From NCBI GenBank assembly GCA_051532035.1, contig JAOPTW010000018.1, positions 5,770-69,769 on the forward strand: a DNA stretch of 64,000 nt. The letters are read 5' to 3'. A program made the position numbers and the translations under genes. The notes below the pieces were generated by a model, which saw nothing but the letters and a program-made list of their open reading frames with translations, had not been told where the DNA came from and did not search any database. This DNA is from Fibrobacterales bacterium. GTDB lineage: Bacteria; Fibrobacterota; Fibrobacteria; Fibrobacterales; JAOPTW01. Below, in pieces: positions 28,639-38,904 of the stretch (its first letter is position 1; each line of letters opens with the position of its first letter).

Positions 28639-28668
28639 AAAATAGAGCAAAATAGAGCAAAATAGAGC
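28639..28668. repeat. 10-bp tandem repeat x3
   Basis: (AAAATAGAGC)3 just after the stop of 25916..28624. Confidence 0.85.
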
Positions 28669-28871
28669 CCTTTACCGTTACTCAGAAGGAGCTCCCCAAT
28701 ACTATTCACATACTTGGTATCCCCATCACCAGATACAAATGCAAACTACTGTTTACTTTTATTCTGCGTATTCTTAAGTATATTTACACAGAGACCTTCG
28801 GTTTAACCACAGAAGTCAATTGTCGAATGTACACCCCTTAATGTATACTTCTTCATTGACCAGAGATAATT

Positions 28872-29273
28872 ATGGCGCATATAACGTTTGAAATAGTAGA
28901 CTACACCGTTCGGATGGGCTTTGACCTTGATGGATCATATATGGGTGGAAGCCGCCATTCACAGGCGTATATAGAGTGTTCAGGCGCTGAAGGGCAACAA
29001 CTCATCATAATGTTTGCTGCTCCCTATGCTACTACATGTCTCCCAACGTGTAATGAAGATGGTAGCTTTGCCTCCATCAATCGCCATATCGATCAAATGC
29101 CCTATTTCTTAGATATCCTTCGTAATGAAAAGTGCGTCTATGCTAATTTACGGTCTGATTTCCCCAATGCAAATCATATTGCGACAACTACCGAGCCAGC
29201 GGGCGAACGAGTAGGACCTCGTGAAAGTAATGTTGAACGAATTCCCGAAGAAATGCGCAAAGAATTCATGTAG
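28872..29273 (+). CDS. Hypothetical protein (133 aa)
   Basis: Isolated ORF with plausible RBS (AGAG) and globular composition; 'LDILRNEK.VY...TTTEPAGE' looks like a conserved motif of unknown function. Confidence 0.7.
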   Translation: MAHITFEIVDYTVRMGFDLDGSYMGGSRHSQAYIECSGAEGQQLIIMFAAPYATTCLPTCNEDGSFASINRHIDQMPYFLDILRNEKCVYANLRSDFPNANHIATTTEPAGERVGPRESNVERIPEEMRKEFM

Positions 29274-29502
29274 TTTCTGCTTTCTTTTGAGCCGATTTTA
29301 GTCTATATCACCGTAAAGACGCCTGTACTCATTCTGTATACAGCATTCTTCGTGGGTTACTGTAAACTTTACAGTTCTTTGTTTGAAATTGATCATACAT
29401 CTTCCTAAATTGTTCCTACACAACAATCAAAGCACGTCAGAAATCGATAGAACTTGGGGAAGGGCTGATTTCAGATAACATACAGTAAACAGACGGGGCA
29501 CT

Positions 29503-32500
29503 ATGTTTACTTTACGCTATAACGTAATTGTTATTTTGGTACTGATGGCTATCTCATCTCTCTTTTCGGCAGGGGATGATACGACACAACCTATTTCAAA
29601 AATACGTCTTCCTGTAGAATTCTATGACTGGAACGCGGGTGACTTAGGTGATGCCTTTCAGTTTGACTCTAATTGTGGTCTGAAGGGAAAGCCTACCAAG
29701 GGGCTCGTAGGGCACTCGCTCAATGATGAACGATTACCCGTGCCCGGTAATACCGGAGAGCAGTACAACTGTCGAGCTGAACGTCTGACCGAGTGGTTTC
29801 GCCCCGAACCCGACTCTTCAAACTATACCTGTATCGACCTTGAACTTAATCACAATGATCACGATAATGTCTATGAATATGTAGCACTCACCGAAATGTA
29901 TGACATTCATAATGGGGTGTACGACAATATGAATGAGCAGAGTGGTTTTTTCCCATTGGATGGTTTTTGGGAGGCGTCGAATGGAAGGCATAATAATAAG
30001 AATCAGATAGGACAGAACTATTCTTCTCGACATGATGAACGACAAACTAAAACAGGGTACGTTCATAATTATCACTACTGTATGAAAACAGAGCTTACGT
30101 TTGATTATAGACCGGGCCAACAGTTTACCTTTAATGGTGACGATGATCTATGGATTTTTATCGATGGACAGCTCGCGGTCGACCTCGGGGGGACCCATAC
30201 TCCTATTTCAGAGACGCTGCATCTCGATCAACTCTTTAATGAACGGGGTGGGGCAGTAGCCGGCAGTAATCATGATTTTGATCTTTTCTATTGTGAGAGA
30301 CAAACCCTTGCTTCAAACTTACAGATTCAAACAGATATCGACTTTGATATGCCTCCCGAATATGGCCATATAACCAATGATGATATTCACTATGATATTG
30401 TTCCGGGTAAGTCCCTCGGTAACGGGTGCCATGTAAAAGGAGAAGTGATCGTCAAAGAGTCAGAGTTTTATTTGAGCTATGATAATTCCCTAAACCTGTC
30501 GACCGTTGCAACGACGCTCACCACCTCAAAAGATATGCAGCTGCTCCAGGGCAATGACTATTTTGAGGGAATCTCAATTGACAACAATACATATCAGTTT
30601 TCTATAGAGCTGGGTAAACTGGAAGGGCTCGAAATTGGGCACACCTACTATCTCTTCTATCGTTCAGAGTCTTCAACCGAGAGTACCGAGTATCGAGGCT
30701 CTGTTTCGTTTACCGCTCCCGATCGCTATCCTTACGAGATCGTATTTACAGATTCGTTGGGTGCGCCCCTGTCTGATGACGATATTTACTCACGGGTTGA
30801 TAGTGCAGTAGTACTGTATGGTACGGTGTATGATTATGACTATGATAGTACGAGAATAGTCTGTGAGTCGTGTAATGATATAATCACGGTCTCAATAGCA
30901 GAAGGCAAAGATACACAGCTTGAATTTTTTAATGGGACAATGTCCGAGGGGCGATTCTCCTTAACCGTTCTTCCGAGTGAGAGCGAAATGAGTGTCGACG
31001 ATCTTCGGTTAACCGTAGAGTACTCGGGGCAAGGGACGCGGATTAACAAAGAGCAACGTGCCCTGTCACCTAAACTTACGTTTACCAAGATCCCAACGCC
31101 GTCTATAGAGTCGGTGCGTCTGTTTGATTCGGGGGTTGTTACCAAGGGCGCGCAAGTCAGTCCGGTAAAAGATGGGTATGCCGATAGTTTAGTCGTGGTG
31201 TTTAATAATTGGTTGGGGAGCCCTAAAAAGTTGACGCTTTGTTTGGGAGTGTCTGATAAAGAGTGTGTTGAAACTGAGTATGATGCAGATGATTGGTCTA
31301 TTGATCCTACGAATAGTGCACAGTTAGTGATCGTTGATGCCTTTGATTTTGGTACTGATAACGTTGCAACAGATATACAGGGTGAAGTGACCGTAGAGTT
31401 TTTTAAACGAGGTGATCACCTGTTTGAAGATTCAGAGGAGATTGAAGATGAGATAGGGCCAGTGATTGATCGTGCCTATCTTAAAAAAGATGGTGACGAT
31501 GAGGTAGACACCTTACGGGTGATATTTTCAGAACCTGTTTCGAAGGTCGTTGCACAAGAAGCGCTCTTTTTGGTAGAGGGTGCATCGGTTACAGCAACGG
31601 ATACAGAGTCGTACACCAAAAAGCGTGTATGGGATATTGCGATTGATGCCGAAAAATATTCACTGGCTGTTGGGGATAGCATTGCGCTCGATCACCATTC
31701 AGATATGGTTGACCTAAAAGGTAATGGACCGGCTCAACCAAACATGCCCAGAGTTATTGGTGGGTGGCCGGTACAACCGGTAAAAGAAGGACACTACTTT
31801 AGGGATACTAATGAAGATGGTATCATGGACCGGGTTGAGCTGTTATTTAATGATGTGATTATCGGTGATAATATTGCAGAGGTCACGGCACATTTTAAAT
31901 GGATTAATAGCGATGACTCTATCCTGTCATTCAAAGTTAAACCCTCTCAGTGGCACCCAGACCCGGATGATGAAAGACGGGCCTATTGGAATCTCTCTGA
32001 CGATATTGATTGTCGGCCTTTTACCACAAGTATCGTTGATGAAACGTTTATGGAAGCCAAAATAGAGGTTGAATCTCTGACCGAAGAAGAGGATGTTGAG
32101 TATACCATAGAGATGCAAGACGGTATGGCGCCGGTGCTTGTTTCGGCCGAAGTGTTTCAACGCTCTGAAGGGGATGTACTCAAGGTAGTGCTGTCTGAGC
32201 ATGTAGAAAACAGTGACCTTAAGAAAGAGGGCACAGAGCACTATTGGTTTAAGCATCGATACGCTGATGCGGAACACCATCAACTGAGGGCTGAAGGGAG
32301 TTCGATTACTCACGTAGGCGAAAAGAGTGAACATGGGCTCAATTATGATCCTTCCATTAAAAAAGAGTTTCAAATTTCACCCGGCGATAGTCTCTCATTG
32401 GTACTCGGAAGGGGATACACCGTTGATATGCATGGAAACAGGCCGAGTGACCATGCACAGAGCATTATGATTACAGGGAATGTAACGCCTCACATAGGTT

Positions 32501-33039
32501 CTGTTACCTTAAAAGAGTATGATGACCCGGATGAGGTGTTAGAACGTTTTTACGATAGAGATAATACACCCTTTGTAATGCGGGGAATCACTCCCGATGA
32601 TCCAAATGATTCTATGGATGATGTGATAGAGTATGCTCGTGAAAATTTTGATGAAGTCGGTATGGTTGTTTCTGCAAATATGATGGATATGGTCCTTTCT
32701 CAAATTGATGAGGATCTATTAAAAGAGATTGAGGGCGGTGCCCTAAAAAAAGAACTGTCAATCAGGTACGATATTATCGTGTATAGTACCATTGGTGGCT
32801 ATGTATCGAGTAGCAATGGTAGTATAGAATGTGATGATGATGCACTCTTTGAGGGCGATTGTACCGATCCAGAAAAAGCCCATTGGCTTTGGATTGGCTG
32901 GGATCCTGTCAGTGACCAGGGACGGCTTGTGGGCACCGGTGTCTATATCGCCTTACTTGATATACAATACCTGTACCCTGGTGGGGCAACTCCGGTAAGC
33001 TCGTCCATTAAGCGCATGGGCTATTCAAGAAAGTACTAG
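29503..33039 (+). CDS. Fibro-slime domain (PA14-like) protein with repeated stalk modules and type-B-like CTD
   Basis: 'GFFPLD', 'HNYHYCM', 'FTFNGDDDLWIFIDGQLAVDLGGTH', 'FDLFYCERQT..SN'; C-terminal 'VYSTIGGYV...WDPVSDQGRLVGTGVYI'. Confidence 0.9.
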   Translation: MFTLRYNVIVILVLMAISSLFSAGDDTTQPISKIRLPVEFYDWNAGDLGDAFQFDSNCGLKGKPTKGLVGHSLNDERLPVPGNTGEQYNCRAERLTEWFRPEPDSSNYTCIDLELNHNDHDNVYEYVALTEMYDIHNGVYDNMNEQSGFFPLDGFWEASNGRHNNKNQIGQNYSSRHDERQTKTGYVHNYHYCMKTELTFDYRPGQQFTFNGDDDLWIFIDGQLAVDLGGTHTPISETLHLDQLFNERGGAVAGSNHDFDLFYCERQTLASNLQIQTDIDFDMPPEYGHITNDDIHYDIVPGKSLGNGCHVKGEVIVKESEFYLSYDNSLNLSTVATTLTTSKDMQLLQGNDYFEGISIDNNTYQFSIELGKLEGLEIGHTYYLFYRSESSTESTEYRGSVSFTAPDRYPYEIVFTDSLGAPLSDDDIYSRVDSAVVLYGTVYDYDYDSTRIVCESCNDIITVSIAEGKDTQLEFFNGTMSEGRFSLTVLPSESEMSVDDLRLTVEYSGQGTRINKEQRALSPKLTFTKIPTPSIESVRLFDSGVVTKGAQVSPVKDGYADSLVVVFNNWLGSPKKLTLCLGVSDKECVETEYDADDWSIDPTNSAQLVIVDAFDFGTDNVATDIQGEVTVEFFKRGDHLFEDSEEIEDEIGPVIDRAYLKKDGDDEVDTLRVIFSEPVSKVVAQEALFLVEGASVTATDTESYTKKRVWDIAIDAEKYSLAVGDSIALDHHSDMVDLKGNGPAQPNMPRVIGGWPVQPVKEGHYFRDTNEDGIMDRVELLFNDVIIGDNIAEVTAHFKWINSDDSILSFKVKPSQWHPDPDDERRAYWNLSDDIDCRPFTTSIVDETFMEAKIEVESLTEEEDVEYTIEMQDGMAPVLVSAEVFQRSEGDVLKVVLSEHVENSDLKKEGTEHYWFKHRYADAEHHQLRAEGSSITHVGEKSEHGLNYDPSIKKEFQISPGDSLSLVLGRGYTVDMHGNRPSDHAQSIMITGNVTPHIGSVTLKEYDDPDEVLERFYDRDNTPFVMRGITPDDPNDSMDDVIEYARENFDEVGMVVSANMMDMVLSQIDEDLLKEIEGGALKKELSIRYDIIVYSTIGGYVSSSNGSIECDDDALFEGDCTDPEKAHWLWIGWDPVSDQGRLVGTGVYIALLDIQYLYPGGATPVSSSIKRMGYSRKY

Positions 33040-33045
33040 TGAGAG

Positions 33046-33522
33046 TTAGTGAGACTTGAAAAACAACCAGCGTGGTGTTTTACTATAGTATTCAACGTAG
33101 GTGTCTCCATATACCTCTGTGAGGAGTGATTCCTCGGGGATAATCTGAAAACGATTGAGGTAGAGTATAAAGCCTACAATAGGAATGATCGTTACCAGCG
33201 CATAGAGAAAAAGCCCCCAGGTGAGTAACAAAAAGAGAAAGCTCACATACATGGGGTTACGAGTATAGGCAAAGAGACCAGAAGTGACCAGTGATGAACT
33301 GTTTTCTGGTTTAAGAGGGTTGACGGTTGTTTTTGCTCGTATAAACTGAATGACGCCACCAATCCCAAAAAGTGCAGAAAGTGAGAGAAGAAGGGCCACT
33401 ATTCCCCAAAAAAGAGCTGATGAGCAGGGGAATTGGAAGGGAGTACGGGTAACACTCCATTGGATTCCACCAAAGAGAGCCATAACGAGTGGTGGTGGAA
33501 TAAGAAGGGAAAGCTTGTTCAT
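33046..33522 (-). CDS. Isoprenylcysteine carboxyl methyltransferase (ICMT/PEMT) family membrane protein
   Basis: 'KTTVNP', 'LVTSGLFAYTRNPMY', 'QIIPEE', 'YVEY..KTPRWL'; start probably MNKLSLLIPPP. Confidence 0.85.
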   Translation of the reverse strand: MNKLSLLIPPPLVMALFGGIQWSVTRTPFQFPCSSALFWGIVALLLSLSALFGIGGVIQFIRAKTTVNPLKPENSSSLVTSGLFAYTRNPMYVSFLFLLLTWGLFLYALVTIIPIVGFILYLNRFQIIPEESLLTEVYGDTYVEYYSKTPRWLFFKSH

Positions 33523-33773
33523 GAAAAGTCCTGAGTGCATAAAGTGAATAACATTAGGTATTTGAGGGCTAATATAGCACTCGATTATCGAAAGAGATTA
33601 ATAAAAGGTGCATTTTAGCCTAAAATGAGCGAAAAGCGATGAGCTTGATGAGATTTAAGCACTGACAATGAGTATTGAAGGGGAAGTGTAAAATTAAAGT
33701 AACACAATGATCTCTGTGCCTAAAAATCCTACTTTTGGCCCTAGTATAATCTGGGACAACAAAAGAGGGCTTA

Positions 33774-36700
33774 ATGAAAATAAAACAAATTCTATTGATA
33801 GCTGCATTATTATGTGGAACGGTTACTGCGGTTCAAGGAGCAGTACCAGCATTACATCGTTGTGGGAACACTCTCTGCGATAGTGATGATAATATTGTCG
33901 TGTTACGCGGGGTATCTATTGCTGATGCTAAGTTTACCGGCACGTTGCGCAATCCAATTGCGGGGCACTATAGCAACGAGCTTGCTAATACGCCAGAAAA
34001 TCAACTCCGCGCTACAATTCGCCTTGCGAGTGATGCATCAAAAGGGTGGCACTCAAACCTCATACGGGTGCCGATACATCCTATTGGTGGTGGCTGGCCT
34101 TTTGCAGGTTGGAACGAAGCCCCCGAAGAGTGGACTTCATTTGTTGATGCTGCTGTAGATGAGTGTGAATTACAAGAGATCTACTGTATCCTCGATTACC
34201 ATGCAATTAATAACTGGAATTATTCTTTGATGGGTTGGACAAAAGTGGCAGAATTTTGGAGCTGGGCAGCAGACCGCTACCGCAACAATCCAAATGTTAT
34301 TTTCGAAATATATAATGAACCAGTATCTGATGATAACTGTAGTTCTGATGACTGTGGACCCAACGGAGATATAAACTGGTCGACGTTCAAAGATGATATT
34401 GCACAACCGATGGTTGATTTTATCCGTAATACTATAGGAGCAACTGAAAATCTTATACTCGTGAGTTCACCATGGTGGACCCAAATGCTCAAAGACATTA
34501 ATAATAATCCCATTGATGACCCGGCCTCTGTTGATCGTATCGCGTATACCCTCCATGTCTATCCTTGGCACTGGTACGAAGATGCAACACTCGCTTCTAA
34601 AGTAGGAGAGACGGTTAATAATTATCCTGTTGTCGTAACAGAGTTTGGTTACCAAGATGGTACGGTCTGTCCTTTTAATAACTGTGATGGTTCAGGAAGA
34701 ATGATCGACCAAGACGGCTTTGGTATTTTTATTAAACAGTATATGAAAGATCACAACATGAGTTGGACAGCATGGGCATTTGATAACGCCTTTGAATCAA
34801 TAATGTTTACTGATGACCAATTTACTACTCTCGCAGAAGGCCCTGGGTATATGGGTCGTTTCATAAAAGATTTCTTGACCGAAGAGAAAGACAACTTTTT
34901 ACCATGTAACCCATGTATGGGTAGTGGACGCCCAACAGCAAATGCTGGTGTGGATCAAGTAGTTATCGACACTGATCAACTTCCTGGTGAGCAAGTGACC
35001 TTGAGTGGTTCAGGTGAAGACACTGATGGCACTATAGAACAATACGAGTGGAAAGAGGGTGATGTCGTCTTAGGATCTGACGCTTCAATGGTTCTCACTC
35101 TTGCTGATGGCATACACACTCTCTCATTAACAGTGACTGATAACGAAGGAAGACAGCATACAGACATAGTACTGATTAATGTTCAAGGTTCTACTTTTGA
35201 ACCATGTACTAATATTTTGTCAAATGGTGGATTTGATAACGGCCTCACTGGCTGGGATCAATGGATAGAAGGAACCAGTGCACAAGGGACTATTACTGAA
35301 AGTTTTGGTGAGCTTAACGCAAGAATCACTCAACCGGGACTCGAATGGCAAATTCAGGTATGGAACTCAACAGCAATTGAAGCAGGTAAAGAATACGTTG
35401 TTAAGTATCGTGCTCGTGGAGCAGGCGTTCGTGATGTTGCACTGATGGTTGAACAAAATGGCGCGCCGTACCAAGCAGTAACATCTGCAGTACATACGCT
35501 CTCAACAACATTGACACAATACTCACACACCTTTACTTCAGCCTTCAGCTTTTCAGACTTAAAAGTAGGCTTTAAATTTGGTGGAAACGGTACACACGAT
35601 GTTATTATCGATGATGTTGTATTTGCCGAAACAGAAAGTTGTATTCCTCAAGATGTCGAAGCACCATCGATCCCACAAAATGTTGCCCTTAATACTGCAA
35701 CGCTCAATTCTTTAGAGATAAGCTGGAATCCTTCAACAGATAACAATGCAGTTGTTGGATACGATGTGTATATTGGGGCCGCTCTTGTACAATCGGTAAA
35801 CACACCGCATGCTCTATTAGATGGTCTTACTATTGATAGTGAATATTCTATTCAAATTATTGCCAAAGATGCTTCAGGCAATCGTTCTGCAAAAAGCATT
35901 ACTCAATTCTATAGAACACTCCCTGATAGTGAAGCACCATCAGTACCAACAGGACTCGTAGTAGGTACAGTAAGGCATAGCACTATTGCACTCCAGTGGA
36001 ATGCCTCAAATGATAACATTTCGGTAGAGGGTTATAATCTCTATATTAATGGCGCTCTTGCACGTACTCTTTCAAACGGACTCTCTACGGTAGTATCGGG
36101 CCTCACGCCCGAAACAGTATACAGTATTACGCTGAGCGCTATTGATGGTGCAGGCAATGAATCTGTACAGAGTAGTGCTGTTGTAGTAACTACGGATGTG
36201 GCTCCTGATGTTGAAGCACCGTCACAACCGGGACCAATTGTGGCAACTGATGTTTCTCTGACAACTATTGATATTGCATGGGCTGCTGTGACCGATAATG
36301 TTGGCGTAGAATCATATCAGATCTTTGTAAATGGAGGATACTTTAATGAGGTAACCAGCATTTTTGCAACAGTTACCGGTCTTAACTACAATACTGAGTA
36401 TAGTATTACGGTATATGCGCTTGATGCAGCACGTAATATTTCTACAGCAAGTAGTGCACTCGTAGTAACGACAGATGCAGATACAGAAGCGCCAACGGTT
36501 CCAGTAATCAGTAGTGCTGCAGCGACAGGTATGACTACTGCAGATGTCGCATGGAGCACATCAACTGATAATATCTTCGTAGATACATACATCGTCTATG
36601 TTGATGGAGTAGAAGCACACGATGCAGGGAGAACGCTCAATAGTACTCTTTCTGGTCTTACTGCAAATACTGAATATTCAATACAAGTTGAAGCGTTAGA

Positions 36701-37928
36701 TCCTTCGGGGAATCGTTCTGGGCTGAGTGCAGAAGTGCTCATCACTACTGATGATAAACCGTTGCAAGATGAACTCCTCATTCAAGTAGAGTCTTACAGC
36801 GCAAAACATGCGAGTATTCAAACTGAAGCGACTTCGGATATTGGTGGTGGTCAAAATATTGGTTGGACAGCATCGGGACGCTGGGTATCATTTAGCAATC
36901 AAACGTTGGCTCCGGGTCAGTGGAAGCTTGAGGTTCGCACAGCGACTTGGGAATCGAACAGATCATTTGATCTCCTTATTGATGGTGTAAAAGCGACTAC
37001 ATTTACAAAAGGTACTGCAACCTATACTGGTTCTGGCAGTAAATACCAAACATGGAAAACTGCTGAGACAGGAACCTTTACTATAGCAAACGGTGATCAA
37101 CACACGGTGAGACTGAATTTCACAACGGGAAGTCAAAACATAAACTGGGTCCGTTTTGTACCGGTGATTCCAGATACCGAAAGTCCATCAGTAGTGACTG
37201 GAGTATCCGAATCAGGAGTGACCGCATCAACTATTGCACTAAACTGGAATGCTGCATCAGATAACGTTGGCGTAACAGCCTATGACGTCTATCAAGATGG
37301 TGCGAAGGTAGCGACGGTCTCAGGGACAAGTACTCTTATGACAGGGCTTCAAGCACTCACGACTTATGACTTTTATGTTATTGCTGTTGATGCCGCAGGA
37401 AATCGTTCTGTTACTCAGAGTGCAACACTCACGGTAACGACTTCAGAAGTAGCCTTAGTCAATATATTGAATAATGGTACCTTTGCTGGAGGAACTTCAG
37501 GATGGGATTGTAGTAGCTATGGTGGCAGTGCAACATGTGCAGTGCTTTCTGGTCAATATGCTATAGCAATTTCGAATCCTGGCAGTGCCGATTGGAACAT
37601 ACAGCCAAGACAAGGTGGCTTTACTCTCGAAACGGGTAAAACGTATACCTTTGCTTACGATGGTAAAGCGTCGGTGTCTCGTCTTGCGAATATTAAAGTA
37701 GAGACCGATGGTTCACCGTGGATAGATTATTCAGGGATTGGCAGCGGTGCTAGCTTAACAACGACTATGCAGCGTTTTGCTTATACGTTTACAATGACAG
37801 AAACTGCTGCGGCACGCGTAGTACTCAATATTGGTAATACTGGTGCAAATACTGTAACTGTTGATAACATGTGGATCGTCGAAGGATCGATCGATCCTTG
37901 TGGTGGTATTGTGGGATGCTCAGAATAA
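33774..37928 (+). CDS. Multimodular GH5 endoglucanase-like enzyme (GH5, PKD, CBM4/9, 4x FN3, CBM6-like, FN3, CBM4/9)
   Basis: Signal peptide; 'LRGVS', 'IRVP', 'ILDYH', catalytic 'EIYNEP' and 'VTEFG', 'SWTAWAF'; FN3 repeats 'D.EAPS.P...W.ASTDN.GV..Y'. Confidence 0.9.
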   Translation: MKIKQILLIAALLCGTVTAVQGAVPALHRCGNTLCDSDDNIVVLRGVSIADAKFTGTLRNPIAGHYSNELANTPENQLRATIRLASDASKGWHSNLIRVPIHPIGGGWPFAGWNEAPEEWTSFVDAAVDECELQEIYCILDYHAINNWNYSLMGWTKVAEFWSWAADRYRNNPNVIFEIYNEPVSDDNCSSDDCGPNGDINWSTFKDDIAQPMVDFIRNTIGATENLILVSSPWWTQMLKDINNNPIDDPASVDRIAYTLHVYPWHWYEDATLASKVGETVNNYPVVVTEFGYQDGTVCPFNNCDGSGRMIDQDGFGIFIKQYMKDHNMSWTAWAFDNAFESIMFTDDQFTTLAEGPGYMGRFIKDFLTEEKDNFLPCNPCMGSGRPTANAGVDQVVIDTDQLPGEQVTLSGSGEDTDGTIEQYEWKEGDVVLGSDASMVLTLADGIHTLSLTVTDNEGRQHTDIVLINVQGSTFEPCTNILSNGGFDNGLTGWDQWIEGTSAQGTITESFGELNARITQPGLEWQIQVWNSTAIEAGKEYVVKYRARGAGVRDVALMVEQNGAPYQAVTSAVHTLSTTLTQYSHTFTSAFSFSDLKVGFKFGGNGTHDVIIDDVVFAETESCIPQDVEAPSIPQNVALNTATLNSLEISWNPSTDNNAVVGYDVYIGAALVQSVNTPHALLDGLTIDSEYSIQIIAKDASGNRSAKSITQFYRTLPDSEAPSVPTGLVVGTVRHSTIALQWNASNDNISVEGYNLYINGALARTLSNGLSTVVSGLTPETVYSITLSAIDGAGNESVQSSAVVVTTDVAPDVEAPSQPGPIVATDVSLTTIDIAWAAVTDNVGVESYQIFVNGGYFNEVTSIFATVTGLNYNTEYSITVYALDAARNISTASSALVVTTDADTEAPTVPVISSAAATGMTTADVAWSTSTDNIFVDTYIVYVDGVEAHDAGRTLNSTLSGLTANTEYSIQVEALDPSGNRSGLSAEVLITTDDKPLQDELLIQVESYSAKHASIQTEATSDIGGGQNIGWTASGRWVSFSNQTLAPGQWKLEVRTATWESNRSFDLLIDGVKATTFTKGTATYTGSGSKYQTWKTAETGTFTIANGDQHTVRLNFTTGSQNINWVRFVPVIPDTESPSVVTGVSESGVTASTIALNWNAASDNVGVTAYDVYQDGAKVATVSGTSTLMTGLQALTTYDFYVIAVDAAGNRSVTQSATLTVTTSEVALVNILNNGTFAGGTSGWDCSSYGGSATCAVLSGQYAIAISNPGSADWNIQPRQGGFTLETGKTYTFAYDGKASVSRLANIKVETDGSPWIDYSGIGSGASLTTTMQRFAYTFTMTETAAARVVLNIGNTGANTVTVDNMWIVEGSIDPCGGIVGCSE

Positions 37929-37965
37929 CAGCATGTCTCAATTAATCCTTTATTAGAATATAGAG

Positions 37966-37994
37966 AGCCTTCTCATTGTGAGAAGGCTTTTTTT
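37966..37994 (+). terminator. Rho-independent terminator
   Basis: AGCCTTCTCA-ttg-TGAGAAGGCT followed by a T-tract. Confidence 0.85.
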
Positions 37995-38081
37995 ATGCAT
38001 ACTAGCCATTGAAACGGTACATATACCTAAAAATGGCATATTATATTGGACGACTTCATACTAATGTGGTATTCTAATAGT

Positions 38082-38888
38082 ATGAAATGGCTTACATTAC
38101 ATTTGATCAATATTCCTATTGTTGATATGCAGCATAAAATTCTTTTTTATGTGATTGAAACATTAAAGGAAACACTTAAAAAAGGGACCACCCATAGTGA
38201 ATCTATTCGGTCTCTTACTTTTATTTTAGGGTATATTACCCATCATTTTTATACCGAAGAGCGAGTCATGCAAGCAATTGGCTATCCCCATGTCGATGCA
38301 CACTCAGAACAGCATGCCCTCCTTCTTGATATGTTAAATAAAAAAATTGCAATGGTGAGAGAACAATTTGATGTGAGTGCACATGAACTTCTCGACCTTT
38401 TAACAGACGCAGTTAATGTTCACTTAATACAAGACGATTTGAAAATTCGTGAATGGCTTGAGGGAGATGGAAACGCGGCGATATCCGACAATGCAATATT
38501 GAAAGTCCCAGCATTTGGTTTTTTTGTCTCAATATTTAATACCAGCACCGAAATAATGGCTGGAGCCTCGGGAGAAAACCTTGAAGAATACCATGAAAAG
38601 TTATTAGAGAATCTTCATCGGTCTCTCGATGGGTTAGCCATGACTTCTCTTTCAGATATATATGACATAAAAATGTTATTGCAGTTTTTGTATGAACATC
38701 GCTGGATAACAGAGGCGGATATTGCTGAGCTCCTTTCGACCTATATCACCGAAGAGTTGTTGCTTAAAGGTGCAGAACTTCATAGTGACCCCGCTTATGC
38801 GGCTTTGGTACTCGATGTACTCAAGCAAGAAGGCGCGATAAGTGATCAGATGTATACTAACGTCACCACTAATGTTATAGATAGATAG
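38082..38888 (+). CDS. Bacteriohemerythrin with about 130-aa C-terminal helical extension (paralog 1)
   Basis: MKW...IPIVDMQH, HFYTEE, HSEQH, HLIQDD di-iron ligands; start at ATG 38082 by alignment with paralog 2 (ORF track start is 38046). Confidence 0.85.
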   Translation: MKWLTLHLINIPIVDMQHKILFYVIETLKETLKKGTTHSESIRSLTFILGYITHHFYTEERVMQAIGYPHVDAHSEQHALLLDMLNKKIAMVREQFDVSAHELLDLLTDAVNVHLIQDDLKIREWLEGDGNAAISDNAILKVPAFGFFVSIFNTSTEIMAGASGENLEEYHEKLLENLHRSLDGLAMTSLSDIYDIKMLLQFLYEHRWITEADIAELLSTYITEELLLKGAELHSDPAYAALVLDVLKQEGAISDQMYTNVTTNVIDR

Positions 38889-38896
38889 ATAGATAG
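38877..38896. repeat. (ATAG)5 microsatellite spanning the stop codon and spacer between the hemerythrin genes
   Basis: atag atag atag atag atag, followed by RBS AGGAG. Confidence 0.8.
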
Positions 38897-38904
38897 AGGA
38901 GTAG

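Noticed and set aside
29400..29502. Possible riboswitch in the fibro-slime leader (TCAGAAATC...GATTTCAGA)
   Set aside because: Only weak pairing, with no recognisable aptamer consensus.
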